Below, one piece after another: positions 26,801 to 41,800 of a stretch of DNA of 64,000 nucleotides. This DNA comes from Phoronis australis. Taxonomy: Eukaryota; Animalia; Phoronida. Numbering within the stretch: position 1 is the stretch's first letter; the number at the start of each line of letters is the position of its first letter. The notes under the pieces were generated by a model, which made no database searches, was not told the origin of the DNA, and was given only the letters and a program-made list of their open reading frames with translations. Made by a program: the position numbers and the translations under genes. The stretch lies in NCBI GenBank assembly GCA_002633005.1, contig NMRA01000436.1, positions 1 to 64,000 on the forward strand. Reading direction: 5' to 3'.

Positions 26801-29800
26801 TTGTTGTACACTTGATCACTATAGCCATGGTTTCACGGCTTGAAAAGCAAAACATAACCTCACATTACATGTTGACAAATAGATAAACATTGTCGGATTG
26901 AAAAGTTCTGCTGATAGTCAACAAATCAGAGAATAGTTTTTAGCGCAAAACTGATGTTGATCAGGGCAGGGTTGTGTTAAATTTCACGGTCTGGTTTCAC
27001 AAATGAAATGCTGGATAGGAACAATGTGGGTCACACGTATTATTATAATAATTGTTGGAGAATGCATTTGGCGTCTTGCCAAAATCAAAATTATCCATTG
27101 GTTATGCAACCAAAAGCAGGCTTCGTCTGTGTACTAGTGATAATGTGGTGCTTGATGGCATGTCAGTTGGGTGTTTAGAGTATGCCTCATGCATCTGGGC
27201 CATCGTGCTTGGGTAAAATGCGAGCAGAAAAGATGGAGGAGTGGAACTGGTGATTTGTTGTCTGTAATTATTAAGAAACTAATATCATTTTGTCTGTCTT
27301 CATAGTAACTTCAAAAATGGAAACTGTATCAATTTTAATTTATCTTTCTTAAATACAAATACTTGTGTGTGCATGCGTGCGTGTTATTGTTAGTAATTTT
27401 CATAGGTGCTTTGGTTCATTTTGTGCTGATGTTGACTTGCAATGTCTTTATTGTCAATGCTCCTAATAATTATAGTATTCAAGCGGAGCATGCGTCTATA
27501 AACAATGATCAGAGTAAAGTGATGATCACGCCGGGCCCCAGTGCTAAAATTCTGGTCAACGGTGCACCAATCAAGACAGAGACACTACTGCATCACAACG
27601 ACCGTGTGATGTTTGGCAGTAACCATTTGTACGTGTTTCACCATCCTCAGGACATGGCCAAGCATATGAAGGATGGGAAGAAGGTGAGTTGAATTTAGAA
27701 CTTGTGGAAGGATATGCAGGTGAGGTGGTTCCTGTCGTTTATGTAATAGCTTAATGGCAACTCACTTGATGGCGCTAGTGAGACACCTGTTCTACCATGG
27801 CATGTATTTTGGTATTCTGATTAGGCTTATAAAGTGCCTTCTGCTCATGGTCTATTCAGATATCTTTAAGGGACTTTTATTCACTGGCACCACCTTGTGA
27901 ATATGGACTTGCCCATTCTTGCTGTATAAACACTGAGATCAATAAGTGTTATTATTATTATAGTAGTTTATAACTCTAAGAAAACAGTATTATGCAAATG
28001 TGTTGTGACCCCTTCAGAAAATTCTGGATCTGCTCACAAAAGTGTGTGGTTGAAGTCAAGATTCTGCTCAAGACAAGAGATGTATTTGGCAATTTCAACC
28101 AATCCTTTAATATGGAAACATCTCATTGTTGGGGAATGTCTGAGAATATGTGACCGGTGCTGATACAATTTAGATATTTTGTTTCTGTTAAGTTTTCAGT
28201 AAATTTTCATACTACAATTTGTTTTCTACCATATTCTGGCTATTAGAAAGAAGTAAGTACCGTTTAGATGCCGTGTGATGCTTTGCATTTTTCATGTGTG
28301 ACAACAACCCAGTTCATTATCTCAATGTGAACGTGTTTGTTTGTCTGTGCAAAAGTGTGTCCGGTTTTTGCTGTGAAGTATTCTGTGAAGTCAGCTTGGT
28401 CCTCAATACAAAGTGTGTGCCCTGCCCACTTGTGTGTGAACATGTGAAATCCAACTGTTCACATCGTGCGAGATCAGTCATTTTCATCGGATTCTTTAGT
28501 TGTAAAAAATTATGCTAAAATACATTTATTTGTCTTGTCTTGGTTATGATTTTGGAAGGACATGTCTTTGAACTTAGCTGAATGACAACAGTATTTTGGA
28601 AGGACATGTCTTTGAACTTAGGTGAATGACAACAGTATTTTGGAAGGACATGTCTTTGAACTTAGGTGAATGACAACAATATTTTTCTGTGTCACACATG
28701 TTGCCTAACATTCATAACTGAAGTAAATTTTTTACCAAACGTTTCCATATACTCGCTTCCATGTTCTTCAGTATTGATAGCTCAACAGAATCATCACCTG
28801 ACACTCAACATCTGAACCATTCGTTGTTTTCTACACAAACATTCCTGCTGACATGTTTTATCTCAACCAAATTACTGATAAAGAGTCACTTCCTTCAGAA
28901 CTCTGTAGAATAAGTTGTTCATTGGTCTCTTGAGGCATTGGAATAGGAGATGATCACTTAAAACTTAGAGATGATTCACGTTAGCTTCAGAACGTATGGT
29001 TCAACATGTATTCCATTTTTTACTGATACTTTGTTGAATTATCGGTATGCCATCTATTGCCATGGTGACTATAGAGCCAGGAGCAGGTATGGGCAATATT
29101 ATATTTTAGCAGCATGTCAATAACTTTCAAATTTAGCACGAAAAACGTAATATTTGTTGTTTGAGAACGCATGTCATGTGTATCCAACTAGAAATATTTT
29201 TTGTTCTCTGGTGTCAGTGTAAATTTTCATGTAATAATTAGAATTCTGCAACATTCACTCACTGTTCCTACATGCTATGAACATTCCCACTAAATAAGAT
29301 TGGTTCTAACCCCAGTGGTTAAGGTAAACGGTGGGGTATGGAAAATTGAACTAGACCGTATTTATCCATCTTGGCTAAGTCGCGCTCGGCTCATGATCAA
29401 AGGGATGCCGCCAAGCTGCTCTAGTCATCGAGTCACGAGCGAGGATAATTGGCTTCGCTCATGCGGATATGATCAGCTGATTACAATCTAGCTAGCAGAC
29501 TGTACTTTTTATGGAGAGAGTTTTACGTAGTTTTTACTGTAATATTTGAAAAGAGGAGCGAAAACAAATATGAGTACAACTTTGAATTTTTCAAATCGGC
29601 CCAGGATAAGAGATTTTGCAACACAGCAACACTCACGATTACTTTCATTCGGCGCGCACTAATACAAAAATATAGGACCCAAGTTATTTAGATTTTGGAA
29701 CACATNNNNNNNNNNNNNNNNNNNNNNNNNNNNNNNNNNNNNNNNNNNNNNNNNNNNNNNNNNNNNNNNNNNNNNNNNNNNNNNNNNNNNNNNNNNNNNN

Positions 29801-32800
29801 NNNNNNNNNNNNNNNNNNNNNNNNNNNNNNNNNNNNNNNNNNNNNNNNNNNNNNNNNNNNNNNNNNNNNNNNNNNNNNNNNNNNNNNNNNNNNNNNNNNN
29901 NNNNNNNNNNNNNNNNNNNNNNNNNNNNNNNNNNNNNNNNNNNNNNNNNNNNNNNNNNNNNNNNNNNNNNNNNNNNNNNNNNNNNNNNNNNNNNNNNNNN
30001 NNNNNNNNNNNNNNNNNNNNNNNNNNNNNNNNNNNNNNNNNNNNNNNNNNNNNNNNNNNNNNNNNNNNNNNNNNNNNNNNNNNNNNNNNNNNNNNNNNNN
30101 NNNNNNNNNNNNNNNNNNNNNNNNNNNNNNNNNNNNNNNNNNNNNNNNNNNNNNNNNNNNNNNNNNNNNNNNNNNNNNNNNNNNNNNNNNNNNNNNNNNN
30201 NNNNNNNNNNNNNNNNNNNNNNNNNNNNNNNNNNNNNNNNNNNNNNNNNNNNNNNNNNNNNNNNNNNNNNNNNNNNNNNNNNNNNNNNNNNNNNNNNNNN
30301 NNNNNNNNNNNNNNNNNNNNNNNNNNNNNNNNNNNNNNNNNNNNNNNNNNNNNNNNNNNNNNNNNNNNNNNNNTTTGTTTGAGCCAATACAGTATACAGC
30401 TTTCCACCAAGGCTAGGTGATGCAAGACATTATTCTTTGTTGCATTATAGTAACTGGTCTTGGCTAATTATCATTTTATGGCCTGGTCATCCATTCAGCC
30501 AAAAGTAGTTCCAGAGGTGGCTTATCAGCCAATTATTCACGCATGCTGACTCACAATAGAAGCCTGATAAGAGTGAAGGTGGATAAATGCCCTGTTCCTA
30601 CAGTTTCTTGTTTTAGTGGATGTGTTCATGACATGTAAGCTTTTCCTCTAACTTGTCTTTATGAGGCACATGATTCTGGTATATTTAACAAGATACATAA
30701 TAGACTTATCTTTTCTTTTTGAGTATTTATGTTCAATTTGCTTCTAATTGCCTCTTGTAAAGTTCAAATTGACATTTCTCTTTCTCAGCTCACCATGAGC
30801 GTTCAGTTATCTTGAAGCGTAAACAGCTGTGACATGCTGAATGTATCAAAGATAGTTAGACATGATGTCACACCATATTCTGTGGAGAAGACCTTGCAAA
30901 GAGCATTTAACATCAACATCTTCCTGTTGTATCCAATAGAAATGTATCACTTAGTTTTTGTCATCAGCGTTATAGCACAGTGTGGTAGTTTTCAAAATAT
31001 AAGCTGCTTTCATTGAAATTTGTTTAGTTTTGTCAAATTTATAGCGAACATAATAGTTTTACACAAATTAAACAAAAGTTTTTAATTCCATATTCATCAA
31101 CTTTAATATAAATATGCGATTCTTAAACCGACATGGGAATGTATATTGAAAAGATTTTTAAACCTCATCAGTACGCCACCTGTGTCCACATCACATGACG
31201 TAATGTAAATCTGAAAAGATTTCTTCCTCATCAGGGTTTTCGATATTCATCAAGTTTATTTTGAAAACTATCATTGTATGTTGTATTTTTAATTGCAGTT
31301 TGTGAAAGCACGATGGAGACACATAGGGTTTGAAAAAAGAAAAAAACAGGATTTGCTAAGAATATTTTGTTTGTTGTAATTTGTTTTCAATGTTGCATTA
31401 ACTTACTGTTTGATATTTGAATTAGTTTTTTTAATTTCTTAGTGCTTTTGAATTTCTAAGTGTTACTAGGAGACACTTTTGTGGCTAGTTCCCTTAATGC
31501 ATTAGTGTTTCCTTGTTTTCCCTGTCAGCTGACCACGCCCACTTATGAGGCTGCCCAGGAAGAGATAGCGGAATCCTCTGGATTGATGCCTCAAACATCA
31601 GGGCCAGCGGGTTCAGAAAAGTCTAAAGGTGACCAATTAATCATATCCTTCTGGCATTTCATTGGACATCTAATAGTATATCATCTTGTTTGATTTATAG
31701 CAGAAACAATTTTCAACAGTTCAATGCAGACAACTGTTTAAACCTTTGTGTTAGCCTGATTAATACAAAGTGCAAAATCCTTAAGTCTACACTGATTATT
31801 GCATGTATTCTTTCAAAATCTCAACCAAGTTATGTACCAGTTATGTCTGACTACTTGACCTGTTGTTCATTCTAACAACTAAGGGTTCTTTGTATAGTAT
31901 TACTGTCAGTTGTGGTTTCAACTGGGCTCTTCAATGCCCTCTGTCATTCACTAGTGTGTTGAGCAGTGGTATACTGTAAAGGGTTTTCAGACATGATGTC
32001 AAAATGACCAATTTGCAACTTACTGGTCAATGTATCACAGGCTATTAGTCAGTTGATTGAAAAACTTCAAAATAGTCAAAGATAGCCATTGAAATGCATG
32101 TATTTACTCATGTATTAATGCCACACTATTATAAGTATATAGTGACCTGTATCACATGTTGGAATTTGATCATTATTTATCAGTCTGTTAAACCTTATTG
32201 CAGAGGATCTGATTCTCCAAGAAGATCTACTACAGATACTGCCCATGGTAAACGAGGCGAATGCCATGTCAGAGGAGCTGGATAAAAAGGTCAAATTTGA
32301 TGTCCATCTGGTGTCACCTCAGGCAAGAGGCCTCAAGGAAGGCAGAACTGAGGTAGGAACTGTTCATTTATTGTCTGTTGTTTTCCCCTGGTGGTAGGTT
32401 TATGGTTTGGGGTCTGTTTGACTACTGGGAATTTTCGAAATTAGGCGCACCCAACAGTAGTATTTTCAGTAACTGCTTGCATGTTTTGAAAAACTGATAA
32501 TTTATTCTGAAGTACGAATGTAATATTTTTTGTTGTAAAATTTTGTTTACTCTGACAAGACATTAGATTTTGGAATTGCGATTTTGACTCTGTCAAATGA
32601 CTATCATTTAGCGAGATGTTGGTTCACTTAGTTGGTAACTAACCGCAGTAGCACAGTACGAAGGACAGCTTTAGTGTCACAGTGTCCGAAAATATGCCCC
32701 TTTTATCAAAAATAAGCCCTGACTTATTTTCAGTTTCATTTGAGGTTTTTGAAAGGTCATTTTCTGGATATCCGCCCATGGTCTATTTTCAGTAATTCCT

Positions 32801-35800
32801 GGTACATGAGAGATATTGTAATCTGTTGTCCCCATGACACTAGAGCTCCCAAGGAAGTTAGGGTTGTGGTGTGATCTCACACTGCTTTCTGGTCTCACTT
32901 TAGGCAAGCTGTTTGCTGTTGTCTTTTCTAAATACTGAAATTGAGTTACATCGTGTAATGCTGGTATCATGCCATTTAGATGAGACCATATTAATGTTAT
33001 CATGCCATTTAGATGAGACCATGTTAATGTTATCATGCCATTTAGACGAGACCATATTAATGTTATCATGCCATTTAGATGAGACCATGTTAATGTTATC
33101 ATGCCATTTAGATGAGACCATGTTAATGTTATCATGCCATTTAGATGAGACCATATTAATGTTATCATGCCATTTAGATGAGACCATGTTAATGTTATCA
33201 TGCCATTTAGATGAGACCATATTAATGTTATCATGCCATTTAGATGAGACCATGTTAATGTTATCATGCCATTTAGATGAGACCATGTTAATGTTATCAT
33301 GCCATTTAGATGAGACCATATTAATGTTNCCATTTAGACGAGACCATGTTAATGTTATCATGCCATTTAGACGAGACCATGTTAATGTTATCATGCCATT
33401 TAGACGAGACCATGTTAATGTTATCATGCCATTTAGACGAGACCATGTTAATGTTATCATGCCATTTAGACGAGACCATGTTAATGTTATCATGCCATTT
33501 AGACGAGACCATGTTAATGTTATCATGCCATTTAGACGAGACCATGTTAATGTTATCATGCCATTTAGACGAGACCATGTTAATGTTATCATGCCATTTA
33601 GACGAGACCATGTTAATGTTATCATGCCATTTAGACGAGACCATGTTAATGTTATCATGCCATTTAGACGAGACCATGTTAATGTTATCATGCCATTTAG
33701 ACGAGACCATGTTAATGTTATCATGCCATTTAGACGAGACCATGTTAATGTTATCATGCCATTTAGACGAGACCATGTTAATGTTATCATGCCATTTAGA
33801 CGAGACCATGTTAATGTTATCATGCCATTTAGACGAGACCATGTTAATGTTATCATGCCATTTAGACGAGACCATGTTAATGTTATCATGCCATTTAGAC
33901 GAGACCATGTTAATGTTATCATGCCATTTAGACGAGACCATGTTAATGTTATCATGCCATTTAGACGAGACCATGTTAATGTTATCATGCCATTTAGACG
34001 AGACCATGTTAATGTTATCATGCCATTTAGACGAGACCATGTTAATGTTATCATGCCATTTAGACGAGACCATGTTAATGTTATCATGCCATTTAGACGA
34101 GACCATGTTAATGTTATCATGCCATTTAGACGAGACCATGTTAATGTTATCATGCCATTTAGACGAGACCATGTTAATGTTATCATGCCATTTAGACGAG
34201 ACCATGTTAATGTTATCATGCCATTTAGACGAGACCATGTTAATGTTATCATGCCATTTAGACGAGACCATGTTAATGTTATCATGCCATTTAGACGAGA
34301 CCATGTTAATGTTATCATGCCATTTAGATGAGACCATATTAATGTTCTTGAGGTATCATCATGGCATGAAGCATGTGATCTCACTAGCGTTCACTATCCG
34401 TGCCTGTCTTGTACTGAATCATTCATCATGGATGAGACCATATTAATGTTCTTGAGGTATCATCATGGCATGAAGCATGTGATCTCACTAGCGTTCACTA
34501 TCTGTGCCTGTCCTGTACTGAATCATTCATCATGACTGTCTTGTAGGTGTGCGTCTGTATGAAGGACCTGACCAGTAACAACGAGTGGGTATGGGATCGC
34601 AATAAGTTTATTAATAGAAAGTACATGATGCAAGAAATGTATCAGAACTACACGGAGGGTGACAAAGACTGGGATGTTGAGCAGGTAAGTCACAAGTTAA
34701 TTTGTGTTAGATATGAAGTAGAAGCCAGGGCTAGGCATTGAACCTGTTAATGGTTTAGTTACTATCTGTGCAGCATTTCAATATTAAGTTTAAATATCCA
34801 ATCTTTATGACAGGACATTGTCTCAAACTTATTTTGTTATGATGTGCAGTAATCTTTATGCTCCCCGTTGTGGTCACATACTGCTAACCATCTGTAGCGG
34901 GCATCTACCTGGCATAAAACAAACCTGCCGCTTGGGTTAAAAGTGTAGTTGGGGCCATCAGAAAGTTGACATCAGCTGTGCCCTTTCGAGTAAATACAGT
35001 CAGTTATCAGTTTTTGTGACTATGAGCACTTTTGAGGATGAACATGCTGATGCCAAAAAACTTAAATGACCACAATGTGGCACAAAATATGCCATGGCCA
35101 TTCCATAATATCATTGATTTCTTAACAGATACACATTAGCAAAATTTCATAAAAATCTGCCAAACACCTCTGAATACACATACTATGCACAAACGTAAGA
35201 TTATGAAAATGTTGCTGTTTGGATCCATCTACAAGTCATCGATATCCGATGCCACATTCAGAATCGTGCAAGGAGTTTATGAGATAGTTGCAGATATTGT
35301 ACTCCTTGTAGGATCTTTGTGAAATTAGGTGAATGCATTCTTATGAATGTGACAATGGATGACAATAAATTTTGAATGGAATTGACTGTCGTTGTGCACA
35401 TTGGTCCCAATTTAGCACTTTACATTTTCCTTTGCCTGTGTGTCTTTGGACGGATTTTCATGATGTTTGGAAAATAGGTTTCTATTAAGGACATGATTAC
35501 GCCTTCCCGTTTGTAGAGAAGTTGGATCTCAGCCATAAGGTGGCCATTTTTATTATTTGCGAGTCTACTTATGGATTGGCATGTGGGTGTATGTGGGGCT
35601 GGTGAGAAAAGCAGGACTGATAATAAGAGGTGTTTGGTATCAACTAATGACTATTTACTAATACACATGGAAACATATCATTGGCAGTGCAGTCGTTGGC
35701 GCTTTTCAACCCCTTGCATTGTTCTTGTTTCAAAAATTCCTTCTATGAGAACTGTCACCATAAGGTTGAGAAAATGTGTATTAAATGCTCTCTTGCAGTT

Positions 35801-38800
35801 CTTTGTGGTTTAGGTCACAACTTTTGTCATTTCTGTGATGGAATCGGATAATTTAGATGCTATCTTGTTATTTTTAAACAGAGCCAAAATATCATGCGAC
35901 ATCTCCATGACCACATGTGGGATAACTGAACTGTTTCAGGACAAGGACCCCTTCTATGAGTCACCAGACACGGAGGTCATGATTGGTTCATGTCAAGTGT
36001 TCCTACAGTCGCTCCAACATAACATAGAAGTGGATGAAGAATCTCTCAAGATCACCGACACCAGAGGAAATGAAAAGGGTCAGTGTAATGGACAACTTCC
36101 TTCAAGTGTTAAATAATTTAAATTTCTTGTGACAAATCCGTTTGCAATATTGAGTTCTGGTTGTTAAGTTGTGGGGGAAGTTTTGACACATGCAATTCAG
36201 CTATATTCTGTGTTTATTCAGGGGAGGTCTTTTTTCACATATAATTTGGTTGATGCAACATTGTTTGGCGAATCAACAGTACTTTAATAACTCTTGGTTG
36301 TTAAAACTGGCTGAGAGAGATAGATCAAGTTACTGTGACTATGTTCTGTTCTGGCAAGTAAAGTTTTACTGGAAACAGGAACTCTGTAGACAGCTGATGT
36401 TTCGCATGAAATTGTTTTTACAAACTTCGTCTGCTAACTTATGAGTCAAGTCTTTTGATGTCTTCATCATTTCTTGAGTTGCCTCAGTTTTTTTTCTAAT
36501 GTCGTCCGCCACTTGTTCTTTTGCTTCAGGAGTCATGGCTGTCATAATTCAGCCATGTGATGCAAAAGGCAAAGATCTTGGTGATGATGACTTTGTGGAA
36601 GACCCTCAGCAGCTGGTATAGTATAAAACCCTCACATTTGACAGATGCAACATACTTAGATGAAATCGCAAAATATTACGCTTATTTGATGTTCAACTAG
36701 CGTATCTAACCATTCTGTAACTTAACAAGTAATTTGCAACACCTTTGATTTTTTATGCGCCCACATATTTATATGTGGACGCATTATGTCGTCATCTCCG
36801 TCCGTCCGGGCGGCGTCCGGNNNNNNNNNNNNNNNNNNNNNNNNNNNNNNNNNNNNNNNNNNNNNNNNNNNNNNNNNNNNNNNNNNNNNNNNNNNNNNNN
36901 NNNNNNNNNNNNNNNNNNNNNNNNNNNNNNNNNNNNNNNNNNNNNNNNNNNNNNNNNNNNNNNNNNNNNNNNNNNNNNNNNNNNNNNNNNNNNNNNNNNN
37001 NNNNNNNNNNNNNNNNNNNNNNNNNNNNNNNNNNNNNNNNNNNNNNNNNNNNNNNNNNNNNNNNNNNNNNNNNNNNNNNNNNNNNNNNNNNNNNNNNNNN
37101 NNNNNNNNNNNNNNNNNNNNNNNNNNNNNNNNNNNNNNNNNNNNCTTTACCGAATTTAATAAGTGTATTTATATGATGTTAACAACAGACGATGACGACT
37201 TTTATACGGATCCGCCAACCAGTGTGCCTGCGCCCTAGTGGCAATTTTATTTTTTTACGTTTACCTCTGTATCTTCACAATTCCTCAACGGATTTTCATG
37301 AAATTTGGTATGTAGGCACCTATAAGTGCGATGACGCTATTCTCCCGTTTTCGGATGGATTCGACCTAGTTTGCGACACCCAGTGGCCATTTTTACTGTT
37401 TTTGAGTCTGTTTTTTGGCGTTCACCCCTCTGTCAACCAAACCGCTCTAAGTATGATTGTGAAAATTGGCATGTATGTTCTTACTATGAAGAGGACGGTT
37501 GACACTGAATTTCCCATGACTTTGATTACTGTGGCGCCTCCTAGTGGCAGTTTTTTTTTTGCACCCATGGCTGTATCTCCCAAACCATTTGCAGGATCTT
37601 TACTAAATTTAGCAAGTGTATTTATGTGATGTTGACAACGGACGATGACGACTTTAGGATGATTCTGACTACCGGTATGCCTCCAGTGGCAATTTAAATA
37701 TTTTACATTGACCTCTGTATTTGCATAGGTCTTCAGGTGTATACTTTGTGTTACTTCGTGACTAGGACGGAAAAGTTCCAAGTAGAAATTTGTTTCTGGC
37801 ATTCTAATGCTGTGCTAATCTCGTATGTTGGTAAATTTGTTTTTAATTCTATGTTTCTGTGGTGCTTTAAGCAACTGATGTATAGGATGAAGATCACTCA
37901 CATTTTGCCCCTAGCCTATTGAGGAGACAATGACCATACCTTTCCATTTTGCAAAGTACAACATACTACATATATGCCCTCTACTGGCCACTTCATGGTA
38001 TCAATAAACAACCCTAGAAGGATACCGTATATGGTGCAATTGTGGGCGCATTTCAATGCTCTGCATTGCTCTTGTTCCTATTTAAAATACTGTAGTATTC
38101 CTGTTTATAGGAAATTATATCCTTATCATTTACATTTATTTGTCATGTGTTCCCATAGCATTTCAGTCTTTAAACATATTGTTTACATGTATACGCCAAA
38201 AATGTGCGCATTTTTGGATGACTTCCATGGATTTCAATTATTTGTACATAGCAGTAGGGCCTTCGATATTTGACGTAATAATGTACGTCTCTTATTAAAG
38301 TTTGATACTTGTGTGAAATTTTACACTTTAGGGTCTTTAATGGAAGAAAATGTATTTTGAATAGCTTGTGGTTGTCTGTTAAAGAGCTGAAATATTGGCT
38401 CTTAAAAATGTAGGATATTAATGTAAAGTGGACTTGGTGGTTGATATCTCTTGTTTGAGGGGAAAATGTAAACATGAGACACGATTNTTCACCAGTGGCA
38501 GTGAACGAGACGAGACGTCTACTTAGAAATTGGCAAACAAAATCTGGAATTCCGAGTCCATTTGGGGATGGGAAGCGAACTGTTTTTAACTTCCCTCCCC
38601 TCCTCGTCTTTTGGAAACCCTACAAAACGTAGGCACACATACCGAAATAAGGGCAGCACAAACTTCTCACACGACTTTTCCCACAACTGCTTTCGACGCT
38701 TGTTATGACTCGCCGACAAGGGATTACTGAATGCGCCTGTTGCCAGGAATTGTAGAGGTAGAATGGCGGCCATAACATACAGTGATACGGCGGGTTAATA

Positions 38801-41800
38801 AGGTGAAGAATAAGAAGATTTAAGATGAAAATTATTATCTCTGAACTGAAATTGACGTGCTGAGATACGGTAAGAGGACTTATTTTTTTAGATTTGCTGT
38901 GTTTCTTGGTTCCCTTTCGATATTTTGTTCTCTGGCTCGTATTTATTTTCGAGTACGATTTCAAGCACACTGCCATAGCAAACTTGAAATTTGAGCATAG
39001 ACTCCGAATTTTTACTCAAAATCGTACTCGAAATATAGATGAGATACACTTCATTTCGAGTACACTCGAAAACTGAGTACGTGCTCGAAATTTCGAGTAC
39101 AGATTTTTCGAGTATGACATTGAATACACCAAAGCTGAGTCTGTACTCGAGTTGAGTATGAAGTGTGAGTTTGAGCATGATTCGAGTCTGAGTACGGAGA
39201 TTGGAGACCGGGCCCAGGTGTCTTGACAAAATAGTAACAAAGCGTCACCAGCATCTTAATTTGGTTTTAGTCAGTTCAAAATAGAAAATTTTAATTTTCT
39301 GAAAAAACATGAGAATGATCAAGGTGTGGTGTTTTAAGGCATATTTTGATTCTGTCATCCATTAACTAAAGGATGAAGAATTATAAGTTTTAAAGATTTT
39401 TTTTGTGAAACCTAAATTTAAAAGACTTCACAATAGTTTGCAGTTATGTGTCAGTAAATTATGCTTGTGATTCCATCTTTAGAACTTTTAATGCTGTATT
39501 AGTGAAATTGAAAATATAGACCATTGTGTGAATTTCATTTGCAGTTAGAGTTAACTACAGTGTACTATAATCATTTATTTGTCAGGTGGGAAAACCTCTT
39601 CACTTTAAACTGAAGATAAAGAAGGTTCAAGGGTTACCTGCCAGGTTTGTTAAGGTGAGCCCATCAAGACTTCACTTGTCACTTATACACCAATGTTGTG
39701 TCTTATTACTCTTATGTACGTTACTTCCTTCAGACACCTCTCGTCAGGTGTAAGTTGAAATTGATACAATCTTTGATGGCAATTGTACTTATAATACAAA
39801 GAACATTCTGTTATAATGAGTTCATTAGTTGTCATACTCGCATTTTACTACGGTTTAAGTTTACTTTGGAAGTAGCCTTTAGTAATAATAATGGTACACC
39901 TACAGCATACAATAATGACACACCTACAGCATATAGTAATGGCAAACCTACAGCATATAGTAATGGCACACCTACAGCATATAATAATGACGTACCTACA
40001 GCATATAATAATGACATACCTACAGCATATAGTAATGACACACCTACAGCTTATAATAATGACACACCTACAACATATTGTAATGGTATACCTACAGCAT
40101 ATAGTAATCATCGTACACCTACAGCATATAATAGTGGTAAGCCTACAGCATATCAATAGAACACCTACAACATATAATAATGGTACACCTACAGCATTTA
40201 GGAATGACACACCTACAGCATATAATGATGACACACCTGCATCATAATGGTATTCCCTACAAAATATAATAATGGTTCACCTACAACATATCATATGTTA
40301 TATTTATCGTTCACTTCAACTTAGTGATTAATTTAATGTATATCCTTGGACATTGCTTTCAGAGTCGCTGTAGACATAAGCTCTATTTGGATGATAAAGC
40401 TAGTGAAAGTGAAGAGGTTGCCAACACCATCAACCCTGTGTTTAACTATGAGAAGATGTACTCATTTAAGGCAGTTACTCCTCAGGTAATGAGCTCTAAA
40501 TTTATTGATGTGCAGAACGTTTTGTTGTAGCAAAAGTTCTCAGTGGAATTAAAGTATTTTGGTCCATAAGGCACAAATATATACAAACTAAGCATTGTAC
40601 ATTGTTTTCAAAAAGTTTATCCAGCAATCATCTGTTTTTTCAAGAAAATAATTCACGAGTCTTATACCTGGAATTCATTCAATTTCTAGTTATGGTGGGA
40701 TAATAAACCAACACGTTCTTTCAACAACCAACTTTTAGGGATTTAGATAATTTGCTGTGTTCAGCTCCAGGCTTGTCATGCTGGGTTAGTGTGATTGCTG
40801 AAGACCATGAGGTCCAGGCTTGTCATGCTGGGTTAGTGTGATTGCTGAAGACCATGAGGTCCAGGCTTGTCATGCTGGGTTAGTGTCATTGATCAAGACC
40901 ATGCGGTTCAGGCTTTAGTCGGTGGTCCAGATTTTGTAGGGCCTCTAGAAAATGTTTTTTGTGAGTACTTTAGGGGGGCAATTTTATTTTGGTATTTTTT
41001 AATTCATTTATTAGAGTGTTTTCAAAATCTAAAAAGTTCCCACATATAACGTTGCACATTTTTGAGAAATTTAAGTTTGAAGTTACCTAATAATCACCAA
41101 AGAGCTTAGTAAGCTTATATTTGTAAAAACAACAGTTACTAGGAAGTTATTCTGGCATTGTCAGGCAACAAAAATAACACAACATGCTATGAACATTCCC
41201 ACTAGTAAATAAAATTGGTTCTAACCCCAGTGGTTAAGGTAAACGGTGGGGTATGGAAAATTGAACTAGACCGTATTGATCCACCTTGGCCAAGTCGCGC
41301 TCGGCTCACGATCAAAGGGATGCCGCCAAGCTGCTCTAGTCATCGAGTCACGAGCGAGGATAATTGGCTTCGCTCATGCGGATATGATCAGCTTATTACA
41401 ATCTAGCTAGCAGACTGTACTTTTTATGGAGAGAATTTTACGCAGTTTTTACTGTAATATTTGAAAAGAGGAGCGAAAACAAATATGAATACAACTTTGA
41501 ATTTTTCAAATCTGCCCAGGATAAGAGATTTTGCAACACAGCAATACTCACGATTACTTTCATTCGGCGCGCACTAATACAAAAATATAGGACCCAAGTT
41601 ATTTAGATTTTGGAACACATGCATTGCAATATTTAAAATACGTTTATTATGAATCTTACAAGCTGTAAAACGACGTTGTTAATTTCATTGTGTTCATTCA
41701 TTGTCATCCGTCAAATCGGCAATTTCCGAGATGTGATCTGCGGCGTGCGCGTATGTGTACAAAACACGTGATTGTTATGTTCCTGAAGTACGAAAATTAA

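Noticed and set aside
29300-29491. 63-aa ORF repeated at 41215-41406
   Set aside because: Part of a duplicated non-autonomous transposon, with a non-ATG start and no recognisable domain.
32677-34446. Long 218-494 aa ORFs on both strands
   Set aside because: Translations of a stop-free 33-bp minisatellite inside an intron, not genes.
40339-40348. TATATCCTTG resembling a second U12 donor
   Set aside because: It lies inside a normal GT-AG intron just before an AG acceptor, with no exon ending there.
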